From the sequence record OK254197.1: DNA of 64,000 nt; one strand, given 5' to 3'. The DNA comes from Escherichia phage PNJ1902. Made by a program: the position numbers and the translations under genes. Each line of letters starts with the position of its first letter. The stretch's first letter is position 1. The notes under the pieces were generated by a model. It was not told the origin of the DNA and did not search any database. It saw nothing but the letters and a program-made list of their open reading frames with translations. This document shows positions 56,071-64,000 of the stretch, in pieces.

Positions 56071-56352
56071 ATGTTAATTGAAATTCTTATTGGATTGCTA
56101 GTGCTTATGACACTAGTAGCTATAGGTGGGATTATTGGTATTGTAAGCATACGAAAAAATATGGAGAGTATGCTTATTACTAATAGTGGACTTCATTGCC
56201 GCTTAATAGAACAAGAACAAGATATTGAACTAGCGCAAAGACGCTCAGATATTCTAAAAGAAAAACTAAACAATATTGAAGCAATAGCTGGGAATACAAA
56301 ATTACCTAATAAAGTAATGCGTGCACAGATAATTACGGAGATTAAAAAATGA
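56071..56352 (+). CDS. Small membrane protein
   Basis: 93 aa; N-terminal TM helix. Confidence 0.45.
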   Translation: MLIEILIGLLVLMTLVAIGGIIGIVSIRKNMESMLITNSGLHCRLIEQEQDIELAQRRSDILKEKLNNIEAIAGNTKLPNKVMRAQIITEIKK

Positions 56353-56594
56353 TGATGTTTATTCTAGCGTTTTATCTAATTGTGGTTGGTGTACTGGTTA
56401 CTAAGTATCACACATGGGCACCAAAGAATGTTGTTAAGGTAGCTTTATTTGTTATTCCAGTTCCACTTATTATCTTTTCTATGCTACTGGTAATGTTAGT
56501 TGGTAAAGTAACAAAAACCGATATTAAACGAATTGCGGATGAATTGCAACAGTCTTGTGATATGGTAGAGGACATTCTTAAAGATGAAGCTTAA
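56349..56594 (+). CDS. Small membrane protein
   Basis: 81 aa; two hydrophobic segments. Confidence 0.45.
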   Translation: MMMFILAFYLIVVGVLVTKYHTWAPKNVVKVALFVIPVPLIIFSMLLVMLVGKVTKTDIKRIADELQQSCDMVEDILKDEA

Positions 56595-56910
56595 TTTTAA
56601 TGAATTAAATACCTTACATGAGATATTACAGTTTGTGAATAATAATATTAGTATTCCAGATAATACATTAGAAGTTCTCATGTTAATCGAGAAAAAGGTA
56701 GGGATTGAAATTGAGGACTCTTGGAAACCACTTTCTGTATTAACACCTCTTAATATGAAAGTGATAGTTAAAAATATCGATACTGGTGAAGAATGTAAGA
56801 TGATTCGTAAAGAGCTAGCTGATAGTTATTCACCAAAGTCTGTAGTAATGTATCATGATGACACACCTAAGGTTCTACAGACAGCTAATTACGTATGGCG
56901 TCTCCCATGA
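56584..56910 (+). CDS. Hypothetical protein
   Basis: 108 aa ORF. Confidence 0.5.
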   Translation: MKLNFNELNTLHEILQFVNNNISIPDNTLEVLMLIEKKVGIEIEDSWKPLSVLTPLNMKVIVKNIDTGEECKMIRKELADSYSPKSVVMYHDDTPKVLQTANYVWRLP

Positions 56911-57009
56911 TTGATTTAGTACCAATTACTGCGGGGCTATTAGCACTATTAGTGCTTGCAGTTTTTATTATAGTGGAGCAGGCCAAAGTAATAAGGAGAC
57001 TTAAAAACA

Positions 57010-57210
57010 ATGATAAAACGTCTTGTTTATCAGGCACCAAAGATTGTAACTGAGTATTTTGTATTACTGCCTCAGATTGTATTTCTAACAGCATTATTTA
57101 ATATACTTTTTCGACATCTAGGAATAACAGAAAATATCTTCTACACTTCTGGACTACTTCCTTTTATGTACGAAGGCATCATCGTGGCAATTAACGGAGT
57201 TCGTAAATGA
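57010..57210 (+). CDS. Small membrane protein
   Basis: 66 aa ORF. Confidence 0.4.
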   Translation: MIKRLVYQAPKIVTEYFVLLPQIVFLTALFNILFRHLGITENIFYTSGLLPFMYEGIIVAINGVRK

Positions 57211-57668
57211 CAGCACTACAACAACTACAGAATTACTGGTTTGATAACCAATTTAACGATCTCTTCATCCAGTTGTTTGTCGAAACGAACGGACGCTTCA
57301 ACTACCGATTCTTTAATAAGTTTCACGAAACAAAATTCTCGCATACAGAAATTAATACAGCGATCCAAGACCTAACTGGTTCTAAAGTAGTTCAATATCG
57401 TGAAGTAGACTTTACACCAGATTGTTTTGGGTTTGAATTGTTTAAGAAAGCATATAAATTTGGTAAGTTTGAGGATGCTCGTCAATGGGTTCATGATTTC
57501 TGGTACAACACTGATATTGTTCCTAGTCGTGTACTGATTCTTAACTGGATTGCTAAACAACATCCGCCTAAAGCTCAATCGTCCTTCTTACCAACTGACA
57601 CAGGAAACCTCTACCATGACAGAAAAGAAAAATCCATTGCTGGAGCAGATGAAGGAATGGGAGAGTAA
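57207..57668 (+). CDS. Hypothetical protein
   Basis: 153 aa ORF. Confidence 0.55.
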   Translation: MTALQQLQNYWFDNQFNDLFIQLFVETNGRFNYRFFNKFHETKFSHTEINTAIQDLTGSKVVQYREVDFTPDCFGFELFKKAYKFGKFEDARQWVHDFWYNTDIVPSRVLILNWIAKQHPPKAQSSFLPTDTGNLYHDRKEKSIAGADEGMGE

Positions 57669-57987
57669 TATTGAATCTGGTCTAGTAGACGGAGAAGATA
57701 TTGTTAACTCCATGTTAGAAGTAACAATAGATAATATTGATCCTATTTTGGCCAGTGAAACTTCAGATCTTATAGGACTTTCTATTGCATTTGATTCTTT
57801 GGGTCGGTTAGCCTTAGATGACGAAGAGATAACTAAAGAAGATCTTGCGAAGGCCATGGATATGGCTATTGTAGCTTACATTAGTAAACGCACTGATGAA
57901 CTCGGCAAACAGATCAAAAAGCGTGATACAACATTAAATCTTATGGAAACGGCCACTATTTTAAGAAGTGGTAAACAACTTCATTAA
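57616..57987 (+). CDS. Hypothetical protein
   Basis: ~123 aa from ATG 57616. Confidence 0.45.
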   Translation: MTEKKNPLLEQMKEWESNIESGLVDGEDIVNSMLEVTIDNIDPILASETSDLIGLSIAFDSLGRLALDDEEITKEDLAKAMDMAIVAYISKRTDELGKQIKKRDTTLNLMETATILRSGKQLH

Positions 57988-57994
57988 TTCTAGA

Positions 57995-58026
57995 GGCCAG
58001 GACTTAATTGTTCTGGCCTTTTGTGT
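57995..58026 (+). terminator. Intrinsic terminator
   Basis: GGCCAG...CTGGCC hairpin + TTTTGTGTTT. Confidence 0.6.
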
Positions 58027-58041
58027 TTCAAGGAACTTCAG

Positions 58042-58245
58042 ATGCAAGTATATGTACTTACTAGAGATATAAATGAGTATAATCAGGATGGTGAATATTT
58101 TGTAAAGGTATTCGCTGAAAAGCCAAGTAAACAACAATTATTAGATGCTGGAGTACCAGAAGACCAGGCTAAGTGTATACTACAAGATAAAGAATTTACT
58201 GGTGATGCTTACGAATGTTTCTACCTTAGCTGTGAGAATATCTAA
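58042..58245 (+). CDS. Hypothetical protein
   Basis: 67 aa from ATG 58042. Confidence 0.45.
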   Translation: MQVYVLTRDINEYNQDGEYFVKVFAEKPSKQQLLDAGVPEDQAKCILQDKEFTGDAYECFYLSCENI

Positions 58246-58246
58246 T

Positions 58247-58693
58247 ATGAGAGAAAAAGTAAATGAATTACTAATCGAGGAAGCTAACAACTTTCCAATA
58301 AACAGGTTTATCAAATCGGATGGATCTATTAATAGAACTAAGATTAAGCAGCTACATCCTGACTTTCAACAAGAAGCACTAAACCTTATATTTATCAAGA
58401 AAGCTATTGCAGTTCATGGAGCTTTCTTTGGATATGAGCGTGTAAATTACAAAACAATGCAACAGCAAGTCGAGATCTATTGTCCAGATCATGATGGTTA
58501 TTACTGGCAAACTGCTAGATCTCATTTAGAAGGGCATGGTTGTCGACTGTGTGCACACAAGGTTGTGCAGCGTGTCACAGATTATGGAACCTATACCGTA
58601 CCAGCATGTTATCATAAATTTGTAGTTGACGATAATCATATAGTTTGGTATAATAAGTTTTCAAAGTTAAGAATGGAGATAAATAGTGAGTAG
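58247..58693 (+). CDS. Hypothetical protein, paralog of N-terminal half of 60714-61442
   Basis: ~148 aa; shared stretch KQLHPDFQQEALNLIFI...GYERVNYKT...QTARSHLEGHGC. Confidence 0.55.
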   Translation: MREKVNELLIEEANNFPINRFIKSDGSINRTKIKQLHPDFQQEALNLIFIKKAIAVHGAFFGYERVNYKTMQQQVEIYCPDHDGYYWQTARSHLEGHGCRLCAHKVVQRVTDYGTYTVPACYHKFVVDDNHIVWYNKFSKLRMEINSE

Positions 58694-58976
58694 CTATATT
58701 ATATGGTCAAATCCATTAGCAGCACTTAGTAACAAACTATTTAAAACAACATGGGGCTATAATGAAATAGACTTAAGCAGTCGCCCCATACCAAATACAT
58801 GCTCTCTAGTCCCAGATCTGTATAAAGTAGTAATAAATAACGTAGAATATTTGGTTGACGAATTTGACAGAAGGTATATACTAGAGTGCATTTATGATAA
58901 CAATACATCAATGAATGAACTAATAGATCATGCCCAAATGTGTGATAAAAGCTGGATGTTAATATGGAAATCATAG
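58686..58976 (+). CDS. Hypothetical protein
   Basis: 96 aa ORF. Confidence 0.45.
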   Translation: MSSYIIWSNPLAALSNKLFKTTWGYNEIDLSSRPIPNTCSLVPDLYKVVINNVEYLVDEFDRRYILECIYDNNTSMNELIDHAQMCDKSWMLIWKS

Positions 58977-59197
58977 CAATTATTTTAGTAGTTATGTTAT
59001 TCATCGTAGTACTTGTATCTTTTGCTATTATGCGTAGAGCTAGAGAACTAGCAGAAGATCTAATAAAATTACGTGGTGAGGTAGCGGGTCTAAAACTACA
59101 ACGTGAAGCTCTCAAGCTATTCGTAGCTCAAGGTAGTGTAGAGCATACAGCAGAAGACTTCATCATATATCTCAAACGTTACATGGGAGTTAAATAA
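58964..59197 (+). CDS. Small membrane protein
   Basis: 77 aa; N-terminal TM helix. Confidence 0.45.
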   Translation: MEIIAIILVVMLFIVVLVSFAIMRRARELAEDLIKLRGEVAGLKLQREALKLFVAQGSVEHTAEDFIIYLKRYMGVK

Positions 59198-59382
59198 TGG
59201 AAACTCTTTTTCTTTTAATGCTCGTAGGTTCTCTGTTACTAATACTAGCACTTCTACTAATCTGCAACATTCTTAACAACAAGAATCTAGAATTAAAGTG
59301 TGAGAACCAAATCCTTAATCGTGAACTTAAACAATATAACATCGCAGCCCATAAACTATTAGACAAACTGGAGAATAAATAA
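59197..59382 (+). CDS. Small membrane protein
   Basis: 61 aa; hydrophobic N-terminus. Confidence 0.4.
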   Translation: METLFLLMLVGSLLLILALLLICNILNNKNLELKCENQILNRELKQYNIAAHKLLDKLENK

Positions 59383-59996
59383 TGTTTACACAACAACCTA
59401 TTCAAGTAGTACCAGACCATGAACTGAACACATGGGATTATAGCTTTAAAGATTTAATTGCTACTGTACAATTCAAATCTATGAAGCTAACATTTGCACA
59501 CAATGACCTTAGAGCCTGTAAAGATCTTGAAAGTAAGCTCGAAGATGCTCGTAAGATTTTTGGCAAGGCTCGCATCCCAGCTGATAATCTAATTAACGCA
59601 TTAATCGATGCAGGGTACAAACTTGTGAAGACTGAGGTGAACCGCCCTAGTACTCCAGTGACTATTAGAGATCCGTGGCAGTCAGGGACAATCTCAATGC
59701 TGAATAACTCCGATAAAAGATTAATGTCGGATTTGCACAATGTTCCTTGTGGGGGTGTGGTAAGTAGTACGCAGTCATATAAGTTTGCGGAAGATTACGG
59801 CCCTTCTGTACAGTTGAAACATACTCAAGAAGCTTTTGAATCTGATATGCAAAGCGTAGCACCTGCGGATGCTGGAGTTTCTAGGAGTTCTGTTTGTACT
59901 ATTCATTTTAATAATCCTAGTAAACATGGAAGTTTAGAGGATGCTATTATGGAGGCGTTGGGAGCTGCTCTTAATGAAGATAAGAGAGGTAATTAA
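59382..59996 (+). CDS. Hypothetical protein
   Basis: 204 aa ORF. Confidence 0.55.
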   Translation: MFTQQPIQVVPDHELNTWDYSFKDLIATVQFKSMKLTFAHNDLRACKDLESKLEDARKIFGKARIPADNLINALIDAGYKLVKTEVNRPSTPVTIRDPWQSGTISMLNNSDKRLMSDLHNVPCGGVVSSTQSYKFAEDYGPSVQLKHTQEAFESDMQSVAPADAGVSRSSVCTIHFNNPSKHGSLEDAIMEALGAALNEDKRGN

Positions 59997-60721
59997 TGAG
60001 TATAAAAAAGAATTTAGCAGAGATTATTAAGTTAGCTAGAGCTTGTAATGGGAAATATGTTTCTCAGCTTAATGAACTAGAGGCACATGCAGTAGCATTT
60101 TGTGCAGAGTTTTATCCTGCATACCTTAATGCTAGTGGACAGCCCAAATATAATAAAGATGCAGGAGAAGTTACGTTAGCTCCTTCATATATTAGCTTGC
60201 GTCGTCTAATCCAAACTGTTGATCCTACTATTAAAGGATTCTCAGCAGATTCATTCCACGTCTTTGCAGATAAAGAACTCCCGTATTTTAAAGAAGGAAA
60301 TGCAAAGTCATGTTTAGAATGTTATCCAAATATTCTGATGATTCCTCAAAAGCAATGTAAATACGATCATCTTCCTAGACTTACAAAGAAAGTAGAACCA
60401 CCTTATTCTTCTCTATCTGAATTAAAGCTAGGAATTGTATCTACACTTGCGCAGGTTCATCTAAGTATAGTTGACGACTCAACAACATCTAATCCTATTC
60501 TAGATGCTGCACACTTTGAAATTTTACGTGATCCTGAACAAGCTAGAAAAGTTGCAAAGTCTGTTAAGTTTGATATATCAACAATTCTTGACACTAAACA
60601 AGAAACTAGACCTAGAGGAAGTGTAGATTATTCTGCACTAAATTCCGAGTCATCTTATTTAGCAACATTCCTTTTCATGGCGTCAAAAGGGGTTATTCTA
60701 AAGGTTAATAAAGATGGATGA
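59996..60721 (+). CDS. Hypothetical protein
   Basis: 241 aa ORF. Confidence 0.55.
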   Translation: MSIKKNLAEIIKLARACNGKYVSQLNELEAHAVAFCAEFYPAYLNASGQPKYNKDAGEVTLAPSYISLRRLIQTVDPTIKGFSADSFHVFADKELPYFKEGNAKSCLECYPNILMIPQKQCKYDHLPRLTKKVEPPYSSLSELKLGIVSTLAQVHLSIVDDSTTSNPILDAAHFEILRDPEQARKVAKSVKFDISTILDTKQETRPRGSVDYSALNSESSYLATFLFMASKGVILKVNKDG

Positions 60722-61442
60722 TTTACGTGCTGAAATTAATAAAAAGCTACGCGAGGAAGCCAGGAGGTTTCCTCTTAAAAACTTTTTGAAGTCAAATGGC
60801 TCTACTAATATAACGAAGATTAGGCAACTTCACCCTGACTTCCAACAAGAGGCCTTAAACCTTATCTTTATTAGGAAAGCTTTAAAAGTCCAGAAAGAAG
60901 AGTATGGGTATGAAAGAGTTAATTATAAGACAGCCAATCAGTTAGTAGAGATATGGTGCTATAAACACAAAGGATACTTTATGCAAACTGCTAGATCTCA
61001 CCTAGATGGGCACGGTTGTTTACAATGTGCTAGAGAAAGCAACCTCAATACACCTATCGAGAAACCGGAAGTAGAAGAAGATGTTCAGTTCCCCACATAT
61101 CTCTATATCTTCTCTAATAAAGATCAGTCTAGGAAGAAATTAAAGACAAAGATTGGGGTTTCTAGAGAGCCACATCAAAGGTTTAAGAATCTAGAGTATG
61201 ATAAATTACGTGTGCCGGGTTTTGAAGATATGGAAGTATTTGGTATCTACCAATATAAGAAAGGATCGAAAGAACTCGCTTACAAAATAGAACACCAAGC
61301 ACATAAATTTTTCGAGAATAAATTTGCTAATCATTATAAATTCGATGGAGCAAAAGAGATATTCAACATTAAAGCTGTAGAGGCAGAAGAATATCTATTA
61401 AGTCAAGGTTGCATAAAAATTTACCCAACTCCAAACTCATGA
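60714..61442 (+). CDS. Two-domain protein: N-terminal domain paralogous to 58247-58693 plus C-terminal T5orf172 (GIY-YIG-like) domain
   Basis: 242 aa; C-terminal YLYIFSN...KIGVSREP...RFKNL motif. Confidence 0.55.
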   Translation: MDDLRAEINKKLREEARRFPLKNFLKSNGSTNITKIRQLHPDFQQEALNLIFIRKALKVQKEEYGYERVNYKTANQLVEIWCYKHKGYFMQTARSHLDGHGCLQCARESNLNTPIEKPEVEEDVQFPTYLYIFSNKDQSRKKLKTKIGVSREPHQRFKNLEYDKLRVPGFEDMEVFGIYQYKKGSKELAYKIEHQAHKFFENKFANHYKFDGAKEIFNIKAVEAEEYLLSQGCIKIYPTPNS

Positions 61443-61469
61443 CAAAAATTTAAAAGTAACGAAATTTGC

Positions 61470-61499
61470 TTGACATTCGTGAGAATAATGTGTTATAAT
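61470..61499 (+). promoter_or_regulatory. Consensus sigma70 promoter firing into the repeat locus
   Basis: TTGACA-18-TATAAT, no ORF downstream. Confidence 0.55.
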
Positions 61500-61851
61500 A
61501 ATCTCATAGATTAAAAACATCAACTTGTTTTTACCTCTAGGCCGTAGATTTACATCATTCCTCGTAGGAAAACACTTGATGACGGTTCTGCTCGCAGGTT
61601 CTCGTCAATTGTTCTTCCACACCGAGACTTAGGAGGATGTATCAAATCGCACGCGCCTAGAGGGGCTAACTCTCATGAAATGGGGGTATATTTACTTTTA
61701 AATAACTAAAAATATTTAAAGGCAATATCTGTGTTCAAGATGATACACCGGTTGCCTCTCATCTGCTAGGATGGCACAACACTTTCTCCTAGACTCCTAA
61801 GTTTCTAGGAATAGTTGAACACTACCTCTAGCGTTTACACTAAACTTTAAA

Positions 61852-62587
61852 TCGGATTTGCACATGTTCTAGGGCAGTTTTTCACCTACTATAAATATCC
61901 TAGGCCGGTTTTCCTATACAGGGCGGTTATGGGGAGGGCGGTTATTTCTAGACAACATTTTTTGAAAACACATTTCTGGATTTTACTGTCGGATTTGCAC
62001 ATTGTGTTTCTAGAAATTTATGGTCGGATTTGCACAATTGCCTAAGTTTTTAGGAACATATAATCTCCTGAAAATGGCAGCATTATTTCGGGCCGAAGGC
62101 CCATGTTTGCCTGAGTTTTTGGAGCCACAGAAATTTTCACTTGTCAAACTATTTTGCCCCATTTTGCTAATAAAATTTTACTTTATCTCCTCTAATCTCA
62201 AATTAACCTAAATCTTCTCAACTCTTCCCCAAAATCCCCGCAAATCGGGTGCCCCGCACCAAACATGCGCCCCTCCAGTTTCTCCTCTTATTTTCTCTCG
62301 CTCTCTCATCTTCTCCCCAAACCCACACAATCACACACCCTCCAATCGAAGTCACAAAAATCTTGTCGGATTCGCACATCTTAATCCTAGAAAAACCATG
62401 TCGGATTTGCACATACCCCACAGGATTCGAACGCAGTTCGTGATTGCTGGAGTTTTTGGGAAAATTCATTGTCGGATTTGCACACTATAAAAATTTTTCG
62501 GGTCGGATTTGCACACTACCAAAAATTGTCGGATTCGCACATACACGCCCGCACGTAACACCCGTGGAGCAATGTCGGATTTGCACA
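61852..62587 (+). repeat. Array of 9 direct repeats GTCGGATT(T/C)GCACA
   Basis: Copies at 61852, 61988, 62023, 62365, 62400, 62471, 62502, 62528, 62574, all same orientation. Confidence 0.8.
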
Positions 62588-62616
62588 AAAGCGCAGGGCA
62601 ATTGCCCTGCGCTAAA

Positions 62617-62830
62617 ATACGAATGATAATAAGAATCATTCTCATTTAAAAAGCGGAATGAGAATGATAATAATTCGCATTTAGAAAGTGAAATGATAAT
62701 CATTATCATTTAAAAAGCGGAATGATTCTCATTTAAGAAGTGAAACGATTCTCATTTAAGAAGTGAAACGATTCTCATTTAGAAAGTGAAATGCAAATGA
62801 TAATGATTCTCATTTAAGAATGGAAGTGAG
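62617..62830 (+). repeat. Tandem ~22-bp repeats (GATTCTCATTTAAGAAGTGAAAC-like)
   Basis: At least 8 imperfect copies; two identical adjacent units around 62727-62772. Confidence 0.7.
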
Positions 62831-62847
62831 AAACACTATTATTTAAG

Positions 62848-62929
62848 TTATCCACAGACTTATCAACAGCACGATTTGACTTGACAAAATTCTAGCCGTT
62901 TTGAAGCGTTATCAACAGACTTATCCACA
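62848..62929 (+). promoter_or_regulatory. Cluster of four DnaA-box-like 9-mers
   Basis: TTATCCACA at 62848 and 62921; TTATCAACA at 62860 and 62909; same orientation. Confidence 0.55.
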
Positions 62930-63150
62930 GCTTATCCTACTGTATAAATATACAGTATTCCTACGCAGCGAATAATTCTAATATACCGCTAAAACGCTCT
63001 CAAACGCATTCTAACGCGTTTAATTTTGTTGGGGATACTAAAACAAGGGCAAAATTGGAGGAGGCTTGAAAATTAGTTAGCCCGCTAACGATCACACAAG
63101 GCGACACGTAACACCCTAACCATTAGCAGGCTAACCATCGCGGGCGCGGT

Positions 63151-63173
63151 CAAATGAGAATGATTCTCATTTG
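63151..63173. repeat. Perfect 23-bp palindrome
   Basis: CAAATGAGAAT-G-ATTCTCATTTG. Confidence 0.7.
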
Positions 63174-63213
63174 AGAATTGGGGGCACTTCCAGATAGTTG
63201 CGCCCCGTGATTA

Positions 63214-63408
63214 TTAGTCGGGTAGTCGATGCGTGATTTTTTCCTCCTCCCCATAGGAATCTACCAAATACTGATAATAACCATCGTGATCATAAATCAC
63301 TTTATCATAATCGCCACGCTCGACCGCTTGTCGGTTTTCCGGCGTATCGGGCACGTAAAAAATATCAACCATTGTACTAGTTTTGGTTACAACAATTTTA
63401 TTGCTCAT
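63214..63408 (-). CDS. Hypothetical protein
   Basis: 64 aa ORF beyond the repeat locus. Confidence 0.4.
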   Translation of the reverse strand: MSNKIVVTKTSTMVDIFYVPDTPENRQAVERGDYDKVIYDHDGYYQYLVDSYGEEEKITHRLPD

Positions 63409-63681
63409 AATAACGCCCTAGTAAATATATTTTTGCCAATAGTGGCGAACGTTATCGCCACCAGCGGAATCATTAGCGGCCTTACTATTACCAACGAAAG
63501 TATATAATCTCATTAGTATTATTTTCCTTGCATTAATTTATATATAACGAACATCCCGCAAAACTGCCCTAATATAGTGCAGACAACAAGGGATAACACA
63601 ATATTGCCGATCATGTTATAAGTAACCATACCAGTAATAAGGGATAGCGCATACCCTAGCAAAGCAATATAAACAGCCATA

Positions 63682-63978
63682 TTATTTACCTATTTTTCGA
63701 AACGCTGTTTCAATACTATCAGCCGTGGATTGAATATATGCGCCTTTCATTATCAGGCGCTCAGTGCATACTTTACGGAAAATATTAATAAAATCATCTT
63801 CATTTTCTGCGATTAATGCCTCACCCATAACCTGAACGTCGCAAGATGCAAAGGTCAAAAATTGAAACGCTAGTTCACGGGCAACGACCGCATTGATTTT
63901 ATAATGCGCCTTTCCCTCGTAAATATTAATAACGCCCTTATATGCTGGCGAAAGCTGGTTTAAATAGTTTGCTAACAA
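63682..63978 (-). CDS. Hypothetical protein
   Basis: 98 aa ORF. Confidence 0.45.
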   Translation of the reverse strand: MLANYLNQLSPAYKGVINIYEGKAHYKINAVVARELAFQFLTFASCDVQVMGEALIAENEDDFINIFRKVCTERLIMKGAYIQSTADSIETAFRKIGK

Positions 63979-64000
63979 TGCCGGGCGGCAGTTAGCAACA

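Noticed and set aside
61852-62587. CRISPR array interpretation of the 14-bp direct repeats
   Set aside because: Repeat units are too short (14 bp), spacing is irregular (26-330 bp) and no cas genes are present; a protein-binding site array is more consistent.

Overview
This window is a T5-like siphovirus (Tequintavirus) early region, most likely phage T5 itself or a very close relative. The key anchor is that the reverse complement of 10243-10305 matches, from my memory of the published sequence, the classic T5 PN25 early promoter and leader (TTGCTTTCAGGAAAATTTTTCTGTATAATAGATTCATAAATTTGAGAGAGGAG). Layout: 0.2-18.9 kb is a minus-strand replication block (family A DNA polymerase, primase, DnaB-like helicase, NAD-dependent DNA ligase split into two ORFs, a large helicase, a Sir2/HAD operon, nrdD). 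19-31 kb is a plus-strand nucleotide-metabolism block (phoH, nrdA, nrdB, DHFR, thymidylate synthase, RNase H). 31.7-44.3 kb is a tRNA region with about 25 plus-strand tRNA genes interleaved with small ORFs and ORF-free structured segments. 44-61 kb holds many small plus-strand early genes, including dNMP kinase, a ClpP-like protease, holin/endolysin and two metallophosphoesterases. 61.5-63.2 kb is a repeat-dense, ORF-free locus (direct repeats, DnaA-box-like sites, tandem 22-bp repeats, a palindrome) that resembles the T5 injection-stop/first-step-transfer boundary. About 30 near-identical sigma70 promoters and about 14 intrinsic terminators punctuate the window. The most unusual observations are two complete tRNA cloverleaves whose anticodon loops are expanded by 40-50 nt, three tRNAs whose architecture class does not match their apparent anticodon, and the direct-repeat array. 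All protein calls rest on motifs read by eye from the translations, and all tRNA folds were done by hand; none has been checked by a search or a folding program.
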